Positions 16,990-27,726 of a stretch of 32,000 nucleotides of DNA are shown in pieces. A model generated the notes under the pieces. It worked only from the letters and a program-made list of their open reading frames with translations, made no database searches and was not told the DNA's origin. Made by a program: the position numbers and the translations under genes. The DNA lies in NCBI RefSeq assembly GCF_008065095.1, contig NZ_CP042911.1, positions 1,140,001-1,172,000 on the forward strand. The letters run 5' to 3'. The stretch's first letter is position 1, and each line of letters begins with the position of its first letter. This DNA comes from Gemmata obscuriglobus (GTDB lineage: Bacteria; Planctomycetota; Planctomycetia; Gemmatales; Gemmataceae).

Positions 16990-17094
16990 CGAAGCCGGTC
17001 GTTCCAGGTTCCACGTTCCACGTGCGGCTCAAGGCACACGAATGGCCCGGGCTTTAGCCGAGCCGGTTACCGGAACCTGGAACGACTGGCTTCG
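16990..17094. repeat. palindromic repeat, family E (ggttccaggttcc-type), copy 1
   Basis: The arms cgaagccggtcgttccaggttcc (16990-17012) and ggaacctggaacgactggcttcg (17072-17094) match at 22/23 positions. It lies between the divergent flgG and kinase genes. Confidence 0.85.
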
Positions 17095-17115
17095 CTACGA
17101 TTAGGGGCCACGACC

Positions 17116-18756
<1,641 letters not shown>

Positions 18757-18847
18757 TGGCAAGCAGCGGCGGACATGGGCTCGGGGTGAGCGCGCGTCGC
18801 GGGGTGTGATCCGCGCGGTGCATCGGGCTGTGCTGCCCGATCTTGGC

Positions 18848-18917
18848 TTTGTGGCACAGACATTCCTGTCTGTGCGGCCTTCACGCGCCGCACAGACAGG
18901 AATGTCTGTGCCACAAA
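18848..18917. repeat. palindromic repeat, family A, copy 3 (30-bp perfect arms)
   Basis: tttgtggcacagacattcctgtctgtgcgg / ccttcacgcg / ccgcacagacaggaatgtctgtgccacaaa. It lies between convergent genes, so it might act as a transcription block, but neither side has a U-tract. Confidence 0.95.
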
Positions 18918-18940
18918 AAACAGGCACTCGCCCCTCGGCG

Positions 18941-20467
18941 TCAGTGGTTGGTGTTGAACTCGGTGCTGTTCACGAGCGCCCAGAACACGTCCCCCAGCGC
19001 GCGGTCGCGGTCGGCCTCGAACGCGCCCTCGATGTGGTCGGTCATGGTCCGCAGCTCCTTCGCCGTCGGCTCGCGCCCCAGGGCCGCGAGGAACAGCGTT
19101 TCCACCTTGCCCTTCGTGTCCAGGAACGGCGCGCCCACCACCCCGCCGAGCGTCGGGTTCTTCGCGGGGTCGGCGAGGTCGCTGGTGAGCCGCCCGTTCA
19201 TCATCGCCAGCGCCTGCGTGACCGACCGCTCGGCGGTCACCGGCCGCTCGACGTGGAACCGCGCCGCGAACCGCTTGCGGGCCTCCAAACCCAGCCCGCG
19301 GTCGGTGTCGGCGCGCTCGGTGGGCAGCCCGGCGGCGGTGCGCAGGCTGTCGTACAGTTGTTCGCCGGTGAGCCCGCGGACCGGCATCCGGGCGAACAGC
19401 CGCGGGTCGGAGGGTTGGTCCTCGGCGACCACCGCGGACAACTGGTACGCCTTCGTGAGCACCAGCGCGCGGGTCAGGTACTTCAGGTCGAACCCGCCGT
19501 CCGCGAACGCGGTCGCGAGTTCCTTCAACAGGTCGGCGTGGTAGCCGGTGTTCCCCCCGTCGCCCGAGAGGTCGTCGAGCGGCTCCACCAGCGCGGTCCC
19601 GTACAGGTGCGCCCACAGCCGGTTCACCGCGTTCCGCGCGAAGTACGGGTTGTCCTTCGCGGTGAGCCAGCCCGCGAGCAGCGCGCGGCCCGTGTCGGGG
19701 GCGGGCGCGTCCGGCCACGTCACGGCGGTGCCGTCGAGCAGTTCGGGGCTCAGCGCGCGCTTCGTGTTCGGGATGGTGAGTTCGGGCGGCGCGGGCTTCC
19801 CGGCCTTATCCTGCATCGGCGGGGCGAAGAACGCCGCCGTCTGCCAGAACTGGTCGCGGGTCCAGCGGGCGAACGGGTGGTCGTGGCACTGCGCGCAGTC
19901 CAAGTTCACCCCCAGAAACGCGCGGGTGGCGCTGGCGGCCAGGTTCTCGGGCTTGCTCTCGCTGGCGGCGAAGAACCCGACCGGACTCACCGGGCCGCGG
20001 GCGGTGCGGGCGGCGGGCAGGGTCAGCAGCTCGCGCACCACGCGGTCGTAGGGCGCGCCCTCTTGCAGCCGGGCGCCGACCCACGCCTCGAAGTCGTCCG
20101 CGAGGCGGGCGAACTCGGGGGTGTCGGCCTGCGGCACCCAGGTGCGGCGCCAGAACGTCGCCATGTGCCGGGTGTGCCCGCCCGCGGCGGTCAGCCGCGC
20201 GACCAGCTTCGCCCGCTTGTCCGGCGCGGCGTCGGCGAGGAATTCGCGCACCTCCGCGGCGGCGGGGACGCGCCCCAGGAGGTCCAGCGAGGCGCGGCGC
20301 AGGAAGGTCGCGTCGTCGACCGCCGGCGCGGGCGCGACCCCGGCCTTCTTCCACTCGGCCGCGAGCCGGGCGTCGATGACGGCGGCGAGCGCCGCGGGGT
20401 CGCGGGGGGCGGCGGTCAGCGCGGCCGGCACGGCGACGAGGGCGAGCAAACAGCAGGAGTAGCGCAT
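18941..20467 (-). CDS. DUF1549/DUF1553 domain protein (planctomycete PSD1-type, 508 aa)
   Basis: ATG at 20467 gives the signal peptide MRYSCCLLALVAVPAALTAAP. DUF1549 block DDATFLRRASLDLLGRVPAAAEVREFL. DUF1553 block FLGVNLDCAQCHDHPFARWTRDQFW. Typical C-terminal end ALVNSTEFNTNH. Confidence 0.9.
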   Translation of the reverse strand: MRYSCCLLALVAVPAALTAAPRDPAALAAVIDARLAAEWKKAGVAPAPAVDDATFLRRASLDLLGRVPAAAEVREFLADAAPDKRAKLVARLTAAGGHTRHMATFWRRTWVPQADTPEFARLADDFEAWVGARLQEGAPYDRVVRELLTLPAARTARGPVSPVGFFAASESKPENLAASATRAFLGVNLDCAQCHDHPFARWTRDQFWQTAAFFAPPMQDKAGKPAPPELTIPNTKRALSPELLDGTAVTWPDAPAPDTGRALLAGWLTAKDNPYFARNAVNRLWAHLYGTALVEPLDDLSGDGGNTGYHADLLKELATAFADGGFDLKYLTRALVLTKAYQLSAVVAEDQPSDPRLFARMPVRGLTGEQLYDSLRTAAGLPTERADTDRGLGLEARKRFAARFHVERPVTAERSVTQALAMMNGRLTSDLADPAKNPTLGGVVGAPFLDTKGKVETLFLAALGREPTAKELRTMTDHIEGAFEADRDRALGDVFWALVNSTEFNTNH

Positions 20468-20514
20468 GGGTTCCGTGTGCTCGGGTGGGTGAATATCGGC
20501 CCCGTGGGGTGCTG

Positions 20515-20634
20515 CACCCGCCTGCTCACGCAGGCGGTTCGACAAGCCACGGACCGCTCGCTACGCGCCACCCGCCTGCTCACGCAGGCGGTTCGACAAG
20601 CCACCGTCGAACCGCCTGCGTGAGCAGGCGGGTG
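20515..20634. repeat. palindromic repeat, family B, one and a half copies
   Basis: cacccgcctgctcacgcaggcggttcgacaagccac occurs at 20515-20550 and again at 20569-20604. It is followed by the inverted arm gtcgaaccgcctgcgtgagcaggcgggtg (20606-20634). Confidence 0.9.
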
Positions 20635-20646
20635 GCGCCGGCGGCG

Positions 20647-21615
20647 TTAGAAGTCGTTGGGGCTGACCGCGTGGCCGTCGTCGCGGAGCGTCAGGTACGC
20701 GAACGTGAGCGGGTCCAGCTTCGGGCCGACGAACTTCACCGCCCCGTCGCACATCAGGACGTTCGCGCCGCCGGCGTGGAACCCGTAGACCCCGAACCAG
20801 TTGTTGCAGTTGACGGCGCAGTCGGTGGCGTCGCCCCGGCCCGGGCTCTCGCCGGTCGCGGCGTCGGCCGGGCCGAACGCGATCGAGCCCCACCCGGCCC
20901 ACGCGCCGCGGGCGTTCGGGCTCATCCCGAACTGCCCGTCGCTGTCCCGCTTCTTGCCGTTACGCCACACGGCCGGGCGGCCCGCCTGCTCGATCAGCAG
21001 CAGCGTGGTGGAGGTGCCGTCGGTGATCTTCGCGAGCGGGGTCACGTCGTTGTCGCCCATCGGCTGGCGCTGGTTGCCGTTCATCTGGCCGGCGTCGTTG
21101 AAGTTCAGCGCGTACCCGCCGCGGGGCAGCAGCACGCCGTTGGAGGCGATGTAGTCGCTGACGGCGGCCGCCACGGTGAACACCGTGTCCTTGTCCGGGT
21201 TGGCGGCCTTGGTGGACGCCTGCGACTCGATCCGCACCGCCCGCTCGGCCGGCGCGGCCGGGCACAGGAACGGCTTCACCCGGGTCTCGACGGCCGCCTT
21301 GTTGGCCGGGTCGAAGAAGTCGAGCTTGGGGTTGTACTTCTTCGCGGTCGCCTCTTCGCCGAGGTGCGGGAGGATGGCGGCGCCCCACCCGCTGTACGGC
21401 TCGCCGTTGTTGAACCCGCCGCGGCGCGGGGGCAGGCCCCCTTGCGCCTTTTCGAACTCCAGGCACGCCTGCCCGAGCTTGCGGAGGTTCTCGGTACACT
21501 GCGCCCGGGCCGCGTCGGCGCGGGCCGCCTGCACGCGCGGCAGCACCAGCCCGGCCGCGGCCAAGCACAGCACCGCGGAGACCGCGAACTCGGTGCGACT
21601 CAGCCCGTATCGCAT
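20647..21615 (-). CDS. DUF1559 protein with a degenerate prepilin-like N-terminus (322 aa)
   Basis: C-terminal H-x9-DG signature FHAGGANVLMCDGAVKFV. N-terminal helix LSRTEFAVSAVLCLAAAGLVLPRVQAARADAARAQCTENLRKLGQA resembles the canonical [10 protein letters not shown]...[20 protein letters not shown] but has diverged from it. Confidence 0.85.
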   Translation of the reverse strand: MRYGLSRTEFAVSAVLCLAAAGLVLPRVQAARADAARAQCTENLRKLGQACLEFEKAQGGLPPRRGGFNNGEPYSGWGAAILPHLGEEATAKKYNPKLDFFDPANKAAVETRVKPFLCPAAPAERAVRIESQASTKAANPDKDTVFTVAAAVSDYIASNGVLLPRGGYALNFNDAGQMNGNQRQPMGDNDVTPLAKITDGTSTTLLLIEQAGRPAVWRNGKKRDSDGQFGMSPNARGAWAGWGSIAFGPADAATGESPGRGDATDCAVNCNNWFGVYGFHAGGANVLMCDGAVKFVGPKLDPLTFAYLTLRDDGHAVSPNDF

Positions 21616-21634
21616 GACTCGTTCCCTGCGAGGA

Positions 21635-21762
21635 AATCCAGTAGTTTCAGGTTCCAGGTTCCAAGTTCCAAGTCGGAACCCCGCTCGTCACAAGCGCCGG
21701 CGATTCGTGTCGCTTGTGACTCCACTTGGAACTTGGAACCTGGAACCTGAAACTACTGGATT
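21635..21762. repeat. palindromic repeat, family E, copy 2 (39-bp perfect arms)
   Basis: aatccagtagtttcaggttccaggttccaagttccaagt (21635-21673) is the exact reverse complement of 21724-21762. The 50-nt spacer contains its own hairpin, tcacaagcg...cgcttgtga. Confidence 0.95.
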
Positions 21763-21767
21763 CGGTA

Positions 21768-22682
21768 TCAGATGTCTTCCGACAGGATCTCGCCGCCGTT
21801 GCACGTGACGACGGCGAACAGCGTGTTGGGGTTCATGCCCACGCGCATGAACCGCACGCTGCCGTCGCAGAACACGGCCGGCGCGCCGCCGCTGTGGAAG
21901 GCGTACACGCCCTGGCTGTTGTTGCAGTTAATGGTACACGAGCCGCCGTCTCCGTCCGCGGTGATCCCGTCGGACCCGAACTGCTGGAGCCGGGTCACCT
22001 GGTAGGCGGCCCACGGCCCCCACTGGTTGTAGGCGGACTGCGCGGTGTTGCTGGCCTGTTTCACCCCGAGGATGTAGAAGTCCGGCCGCCCGGCCTGCTC
22101 CGTCACCAGGAGCGTGTTCGAGGTGCCGTCGGTGATGTCGGTGAACTTGCGGTTCGCGTTGTCGCTCATCGCGGTGCAGGTGTTGTTGCCGCTCAGATTC
22201 GGGTTGCCGTACAGCGTGGACTGGAAGCTGTTCGGGCCGAAGTAGTCCCCGGCGGCGCCGGTCGCGGACACGCCGGAGAACGTGACCGTCACCGTGCGCG
22301 GGCTGTTCGGGACCGACGGGCAGGTGAAGATCTTCAGCGGCACGATGATGTTGGCCGCGTTCTCGGGCGCGAAGAACTCTTTATCGAGCCGGTAGTTCCC
22401 GCCGAGCGCGGCCTGTTCGACGTAGGGGAGGATCGCCGGCCCCCACCCGCGGCGCTGGCCCGTGGTGGTGTTCCGCCGCGGCGGGAGCCCGCCGTTCGCG
22501 GACTCGTAGTTGTGCATCGCCAGACCGATCTGCTTGAGGTTGTTCTGGCAGCTCATGCGCGCGGCGGCCTCGCGCACCTTTTGAACGGCGGGCAGTAGCA
22601 ACCCGATCAGGATGGCGATGATGGCGATCACCACCAGCAGTTCGATCAGTGTGAACCCGCGGTGCGTGTGTCGAGCGGTCAT
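21768..22682 (-). CDS. DUF1559 protein with a canonical prepilin-type N-terminal cleavage/methylation domain (304 aa)
   Basis: [52 protein letters not shown], plus the C-terminal [18 protein letters not shown]. Confidence 0.92.
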   Translation of the reverse strand: MTARHTHRGFTLIELLVVIAIIAILIGLLLPAVQKVREAAARMSCQNNLKQIGLAMHNYESANGGLPPRRNTTTGQRRGWGPAILPYVEQAALGGNYRLDKEFFAPENAANIIVPLKIFTCPSVPNSPRTVTVTFSGVSATGAAGDYFGPNSFQSTLYGNPNLSGNNTCTAMSDNANRKFTDITDGTSNTLLVTEQAGRPDFYILGVKQASNTAQSAYNQWGPWAAYQVTRLQQFGSDGITADGDGGSCTINCNNSQGVYAFHSGGAPAVFCDGSVRFMRVGMNPNTLFAVVTCNGGEILSEDI

Positions 22683-22972
22683 AACCCTTTAGTTCTCACG
22701 AGTTCCGCAGTGGGGCGCGGTAAGCCGTTGTCGTCGGGAGGCGGGGCCGACTCGGGCCGTTTGCGCCGGTCGTTGCGAACGCTGTGCCGAAGGGCACCGG
22801 GCCACAAAAGCACCGGCAAAAGGCGTGAATCGTGCCCGGAGCCGTCACCGCCGGCGGCGCGCGCTGGCCATTCCATTTCCGCGCGCGATCACCACGTGCC
22901 CAGCCCCGAACCGGAAGCACCTCTGGCACCTGAGACACGAACCGGCTGTTGCTGCCCGTTTTGGTTTTTGTC

Positions 22973-23040
22973 TTTGTGGCACAGACATTCCTGTCTGTGC
23001 GGCCTTATCGCGCCGCACAGACAGGAATGTCTGTGCCACA
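22973..23040. repeat. palindromic repeat, family A, copy 4 (29-bp perfect arms)
   Basis: ttgtggcacagacattcctgtctgtgcgg / ccttatcgcg / ccgcacagacaggaatgtctgtgccacaa. It lies in a divergent intergenic region. Confidence 0.95.
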
Positions 23041-23184
23041 AGAAACAGACACAACCAGCCGGACCGTGAATGAGCGAGCGACGAAGCCGTCTCGGCCCGC
23101 ACGCGGGGCGAACGAGCCCGCTGGTCGCTCGGTCTCGTAGCCCGCGGGCGGTACAATGACAGGCGCCTTCTAACCGGGAACCTT

Positions 23185-23871
23185 ATGCCGCTGCACGACT
23201 GGACCGATCGCCCCGGGTGGGAGGGGTTGCACATCTTCTGGATGACCGAACTCGCCCGCGCGCTCCGGGCCGCCTTGCCGCCGGGGTATCGGGCGATCAT
23301 CGGCTCCAGCCCCCTGGTGGCCATCGGGGCCGCGGCGATCAAGCCCGGCGTGGCGGTCATTCAGCCGAACGGGACCGCACCATCTGCGCCCGAAGCTCCC
23401 GCGCCGGAGCCGGACATGGAAGTGGCGGTGGCGACGCTCGAAGAGGACACCTCAGTTCAGGTCGAACACGACGGCCGGCTGGTGGCGGTCGTGGAACTGG
23501 TGTCGCCGCGGAACAAGGACCGCCCCGGTTCCCGCGACCAGTACGCGGCCCGGTACTTGAGCTACTTGCGGGCGGGCGTTCACACGCTGCTCGTCGACGT
23601 TCACCGCCGCCCGCTCGGGTTCTCGTTCCCGCAACTGATCGCAGCCGGTTTGGGGTCGGAGTTGCCGGGGCCGGAAGCGCCGTCGGCGGTGAGCTACCGG
23701 GTGGGAGGTCCGGCCGCGACCGGCGGGCGGATGCTGGCGGTGTGGCACCACGCGCTGGCGATCGGCGCCCCGCTCCCACCCATTCCGCTCGCCCTGACCA
23801 CCGAGCGGGCAATCACGCTCGATCTGGAAGGCACCTACACGCGCGCCGCGGCGGACAGCTACGTCACGTGA
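23185..23871 (+). CDS. DUF4058-like protein (228 aa)
   Basis: The start MPLHDWT...HIFWMTELARALRAALPPGY and the later VVELVSPRNK block resemble the MP[LI]HDWTR...FH..W / E[IV]VSPGNK pattern that I associate with DUF4058 family proteins of cyanobacteria and planctomycetes. The family call is from memory. Confidence 0.65.
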   Translation: MPLHDWTDRPGWEGLHIFWMTELARALRAALPPGYRAIIGSSPLVAIGAAAIKPGVAVIQPNGTAPSAPEAPAPEPDMEVAVATLEEDTSVQVEHDGRLVAVVELVSPRNKDRPGSRDQYAARYLSYLRAGVHTLLVDVHRRPLGFSFPQLIAAGLGSELPGPEAPSAVSYRVGGPAATGGRMLAVWHHALAIGAPLPPIPLALTTERAITLDLEGTYTRAAADSYVT

Positions 23872-23927
23872 CGCGGCCCCGCTCAACACGAAAGCGGGAC
23901 ACGCGGCCCCGCACTTCTGAAAACCGC

Positions 23928-23996
23928 TTTTGACAGGATCGACAGGATGAAGACAGATCGGCTTTAAATCCTGTTCATCCTGTTGATCCTGTCAAA
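23928..23996. repeat. palindromic repeat, family D, copy 2
   Basis: ttttgacaggatcgacaggatgaagacagatcggctttaaatcctgttcatcctgttgatcctgtcaaa. Confidence 0.85.
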
Positions 23997-24057
23997 TAAT
24001 TCTTGGCCTTTCCATCCCACGTTCGTGCCCCACCCCCGGGCGATGGATGTTGTTTTA

Positions 24058-24124
24058 TTGACGAGCCGCGACCGCCAGGGAGCGGTGCCACGTATCCCGC
24101 TCCCTGGCGGTCGCGGCTCGTCAA
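24058..24124. repeat. palindromic repeat, family C, copy 2
   Basis: The same 28-bp perfect arms as 46-112. The right flank aagcgacacgaccaccgggcacgtgtatgagaacggg parallels 114-155. Confidence 0.9.
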
Positions 24125-24199
24125 GCAAAGCGACACGACCACCGGGCACGTGTATGAGAACGGGTGGATCGTCGCGGCCCGTGCGGGGCGCACGCTTCT

Positions 24200-25283
24200 A
24201 AAACAGTTAGGACTTACGCAGTTGCGCTGGCGCAGGATTTGCGCATGGTGTGTTGTTGGTCTATGATCGGGCCATGAACGCACCACGTGCGAGCGCCGAG
24301 GACTACATCCAATTCCTGATCGCCACCCCCAAGGTGGCGTCGGCCGCGGAAGCCGCGCGAGCCCAACCGGACCATCCGACGGCGCCCGCGCATGATGCGT
24401 TCACCCGACTGCTGCACCGGCTGGAACCGGACCCAGCGGCGTTGTGGGACGAAGCCCGGTCGTCGGTCCGCCCGGGCGGTGCCGTGGTGCTCGACGACTC
24501 GGTGCTGGACAAGCCGTTCGCCCGGCACATGGGGCTGGTGCGCCGGTGCTGGTCCGGGCGGCACCGCCGGGTGGTGAGCGGGATCGGGCTGGTGACCCTG
24601 CTGTGGACCGACGGGGCCGCCCTGGTACCGTGTGATTACCGGCTCGCCGACCCGGCCCGAGCCGAGACCAAGAACGACCACTTCCGAGCCATGCTGGCGG
24701 TCGCCAAGGGACGGGACCTGTCGCCCCGGGTGGTACTGTTCGACACCTGGTACTCGGGCAAGGACAACCGGAAGGCGGTGCGGGCCCTGGGGTGGCACTT
24801 CCTGACCCGGGTGCGGAGCAACCGGCGGGTGAACCCGGATCGCACGGGCAATCGGGCCATCGAGGGGTGCCCGATCGGGGCCGCCGGTACGGTGGTGCAC
24901 CTGGAGGGGTTCGGATTGGTGAAGGCGTTCCGGATCGCCACCGGTGATGGGGGCACGGAGCATTGGATCACCAACGACCTCGACATGGACGAGGCCACTC
25001 GTGCGGTTCTGGCCGGGCACGCGTGGGGCATCGAGGAGTATCACCGGGGCCTCAAGCAGCATTGCCACGTGGACCGGTGCCAGGTGCGCATGAGCCGGGC
25101 CCAAGCGGTCCACATCGGGCTCGCGATCCGCGCGTTCCTGCGGCTCGAGTGGCACCGGCTCAAGTCCGGCGTCAGTTGGTTCGCGGCCAAGACGGCCATC
25201 GTGCGCGAAGCGGTGCGAACCTACCTCGCCGCACCTACATACCTACTTACCCAAAAGTCAACTACGTAAGTCCTAACAGTTTT
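24200..25283 (+). mobile_element. insertion sequence, ~1084 bp, single DDE transposase, 19-bp terminal inverted repeats (IS701/IS4-superfamily-like)
   Basis: IR-L aaaacagttaggacttacg (24200-24218) matches the reverse complement of IR-R cgtaagtcctaacagtttt (25265-25283) at 18/19 positions. The transposase stop codon lies inside IR-R. I saw no clear target-site duplication. Confidence 0.88.
24274..25269 (+). CDS. DDE transposase (IS701-like, 331 aa from the ATG; an alternative GTG start is at 24250)
   Basis: VVLDDSVLDKPFARHMGLVRRCWSGRHRRVVSGIGLVTLLWTDG (first D), VVLFDTWYSG (second D) and WGIEEYHRGLKQ (E and K of the YREK-like signature). This arrangement is typical of IS701/IS4-type enzymes. 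Confidence 0.9.
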   Translation: MNAPRASAEDYIQFLIATPKVASAAEAARAQPDHPTAPAHDAFTRLLHRLEPDPAALWDEARSSVRPGGAVVLDDSVLDKPFARHMGLVRRCWSGRHRRVVSGIGLVTLLWTDGAALVPCDYRLADPARAETKNDHFRAMLAVAKGRDLSPRVVLFDTWYSGKDNRKAVRALGWHFLTRVRSNRRVNPDRTGNRAIEGCPIGAAGTVVHLEGFGLVKAFRIATGDGGTEHWITNDLDMDEATRAVLAGHAWGIEEYHRGLKQHCHVDRCQVRMSRAQAVHIGLAIRAFLRLEWHRLKSGVSWFAAKTAIVREAVRTYLAAPTYLLTQKSTT

Positions 25284-25354
25284 TGACAGGATCGACAGGA
25301 TAAACAGGATGAAGACAGACCGATTTTAAATCCTGTTCATATGTTCATCATGTC
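25284..25354. repeat. palindromic repeat, family D, copy 3 (right arm decayed)
   Basis: tgacaggatcgacaggataaacaggatgaagacagaccgattttaaatcctgttcatatgttcatcatgtc directly abuts IR-R of the IS. Confidence 0.8.
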
Positions 25355-25745
25355 TTGCCTCCTCACGCACCGCCCGCCACAGAATTCGCGCCGGCGTGTC
25401 CGCTCGCCTCTCGGACCCTCGTTTCACACGGGGAAGCGTCTCGCACCGGCATGGTGCCGAGCCCAGCCACGCACGTACCGGGTGGGTGTCGCTATCCTCG
25501 ACGAGCCGCGCCCCGTGCGGTCGCGCCAACCGTGATGGCACGAAAAGCGGCTCCGGGCTACCATCGCAACCCGCTGCCACCCGGGGTGAGCGCGAACCTA
25601 CCGGTCGGGGCTCGTCTCCGGCTATACCGGAGGTCCCGTTCCGTCCGCGAGCGAGAGCATTTTTGGAACGGGGCGTCTCGCCAAACAGATGCCAGTAGTT
25701 CCAGGTTCGCGCAATCTTGGCGACCGGCTGGGCAACCCGAGTACG

Positions 25746-25826
25746 CCGAGGCTACACCCGCCTGCTGACGCAGGCGGTTCGACCGTGGCTTGTCGAACCG
25801 CCTGCGTCAGCAGGCGGGTGGCGCAC
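25746..25826. repeat. palindromic repeat, family B; left member of an 81-bp perfect inverted pair
   Basis: I checked base by base that 25746-25826 is the exact reverse complement of 26307-26387. Each copy is itself a hairpin, with 29-bp arms cacccgcctgctgacgcaggcggttcgac / gtcgaaccgcctgcgtcagcaggcgggtg. Confidence 0.95.
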
Positions 25827-25938
25827 GCATGTGACCAACGGGAAGCTGCCGAATCACAATTTCGTGTCAGGGCTTTTTAATTTGCGGCGAGACGGGCGGA
25901 CGGATAAAGATCGGACGTGAGCGAACGGAGCGCAAATC

Positions 25939-26238
25939 ATGAAGGTTATTCCCCTGCTCGTTGTGTTCGCGGCCGGCGCGGTGATCGGCTGGGGCGCCCG
26001 CACGAACGACCCGAAGCTCGACGGCACCGGTCCGAAAGAGATGCTCGTTCAGCACCCCGACCCGGACCGCGTCGGGCTCAGCATGTGGACGCAGGTGCGG
26101 TTGTGCCGGGTCGGCGACACCGACCTCGAAGCGATCCCCTCGTCCACCACGCCGAAGGAGTACTGGGTGATCACGCTCGGCGGCGTCCGCTACTGCGGCG
26201 TCGGGCACGAAACGAAGCGCCTGGTCAACGTCCCGTGA
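25939..26238 (+). CDS. small membrane-anchored protein (99 aa), unknown function
   Basis: ATG with GGAG about 10 nt upstream. N-terminal TM segment VIPLLVVFAAGAVIGWG, then a balanced soluble part containing three Cys. Confidence 0.5.
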   Translation: MKVIPLLVVFAAGAVIGWGARTNDPKLDGTGPKEMLVQHPDPDRVGLSMWTQVRLCRVGDTDLEAIPSSTTPKEYWVITLGGVRYCGVGHETKRLVNVP

Positions 26239-26306
26239 TCCGCCCGGCCCGGCCGGCGCGCACATCTTCGTGCCCGCGGAGCGCAGGCGGTTCCAGTTTG
26301 TTGGTG

Positions 26307-26387
26307 GTGCGCCACCCGCCTGCTGACGCAGGCGGTTCGACAAGCCACGGTCGAACCGCCTGCGTCAGCAGGCGGGTGTAGCCTCGG
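26307..26387. repeat. palindromic repeat, family B; right member of the 81-bp perfect inverted pair
   Basis: See 25746-25826. Confidence 0.95.
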
Positions 26388-26462
26388 TGAGTCGCCGATT
26401 CGAAACGACCGGATGCGATTTCTTGGCGCGGCGCGAGGCGCACGCGGGTGCCGAAATGAGGG

Positions 26463-27515
26463 CTACACGCTCGACGCGACCGGCGCGGCGGCCGGCGGCG
26501 CGGCGGTCGTTCGATGTGCGTCCGCGCGGAGCGCCGCGGCCAGTTCGAACGACCGCACCCGGGCGGCGTGGTCGTACACCTGGGCGGTCAGGATGAGTTC
26601 GTCCGCCCCGGTCGATTCGGTAATCACGTCCAGCGCGCGGCGCACGGCGGCCGGCGCGCCGACCGCCGAGCACACCGTCATCCGGTCCACGTGGGCGCGT
26701 TCGATCGGGTTCCACCGGCCGTCCATCGATTCGACCGGCGGCGGGAGCAACCCGGGCGCGCCCCGGATCAGGTTCAGAAACGCCTGCTGGACCGACGTGA
26801 ACAGCTTCCGCGCCTCGGCGTCCGTGGCCGCCACCACCACGTTCACCCCCACCATCGCATATGGCTCGGCGAGCGCGGCCGACGGCTCGAACTCGCGGCG
26901 GTACAGCGCCAGCGCTTCGTGCAGGTAGTCCGGCGCGAAGTGCGACGCGAACGCGAACGGCAGCCCGAGCCGGGCCGCCAAGCGCGCGGAGAAGTCGCTC
27001 GACCCGAGCAGCCACACCGGCACGTCCAGCCCCTCGCCGGGGACCGCGTGGACCCCGTTCCCGGGGCCGCCGGGGCGGAAGTACCCGCGCAGCTCCTCCA
27101 GGTCCTGTGTGAAGTTGTCCGCGGGGCCGAAGTGGCGGCGCAGCGCCCGGGCGGTGCGGTGGTCCCCGCCGGGGGCGCGGCCGATGCCCAGATCGACGCG
27201 GCCGGGGAACAGCGCCGCGAGCGTGCCGAACTGCTCCGCGATGACGAGCGGCGGGTGGTTCGGCAGCATCACCCCGCCGGACCCGACCCGGATGCGCGCC
27301 GTGGCGGCGGCGACCTGCCCGATGACGACGGCGGTGGCGGCGCTGGCGACCCCGGGCAGCCCGTGGTGCTCGGCCAGCCAGTACCGGCGGTAGCCGAGCC
27401 GGTCCGCGTGCCGCGCGAGGTCGATGGTGTTGCGGAGCGACTCGCCGGCGGTGCCGCCCGCGCGCACCGGGGACAGGTCGAGAACGGAGAACGGGACCTG
27501 GGGCAGCGGTTTCAT
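26463..27515 (-). CDS. LLM-class (luciferase-like) flavin-dependent oxidoreductase, YhbW/MsnO8-like (350 aa)
   Basis: ATG at 27515. FSVLDLSPV...[84 protein letters not shown] is the characteristic N-terminal block of this LLM subgroup. Confidence 0.9.
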   Translation of the reverse strand: MKPLPQVPFSVLDLSPVRAGGTAGESLRNTIDLARHADRLGYRRYWLAEHHGLPGVASAATAVVIGQVAAATARIRVGSGGVMLPNHPPLVIAEQFGTLAALFPGRVDLGIGRAPGGDHRTARALRRHFGPADNFTQDLEELRGYFRPGGPGNGVHAVPGEGLDVPVWLLGSSDFSARLAARLGLPFAFASHFAPDYLHEALALYRREFEPSAALAEPYAMVGVNVVVAATDAEARKLFTSVQQAFLNLIRGAPGLLPPPVESMDGRWNPIERAHVDRMTVCSAVGAPAAVRRALDVITESTGADELILTAQVYDHAARVRSFELAAALRADAHRTTAAPPAAAPVASSV

Positions 27516-27610
27516 CGGGTGCCTCGCGAGCCGGGCGCCGGGCCGCACGCCGTACCAGAGATACCCGCGAACGGCCGCCATATTACGCGCCGGTGCCGCA
27601 CGTGTTCAGT

Positions 27611-27715
27611 CGTTCCAGGTTCCCGGTTCCAAGTTGGGAACCGGCTCGGCAAAGGCTACGGGCATTCGTGTGCTTTGAGCTTCACGTGCGACGTGGAGCG
27701 TGCAACGTGAAACGA
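27611..27715. repeat. palindromic repeat, family E, copy 3 (degenerate)
   Basis: cgttccaggttcccggttccaagttgggaacc ... cacgtgcgacgtggagcgtgcaacgtgaaacg is related to the 16990 and 21635 copies, but the arms have decayed. Confidence 0.6.
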
Positions 27716-27726
27716 GTGGTGTCGGG

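Noticed and set aside
20515-20634. A tRNA-like T-arm string (ggcggttcgac) in the family B repeats.
   Set aside because: No acceptor stem, D-arm or anticodon arm can be drawn. The string is part of a long perfect palindrome that occurs three times.
25355-25768. A 137-aa plus-strand ORF between the IS and the family B repeat.
   Set aside because: It runs through decayed family C and family B repeat sequence and is Arg/Pro/Ala-rich. It has no RBS and no recognisable motifs.
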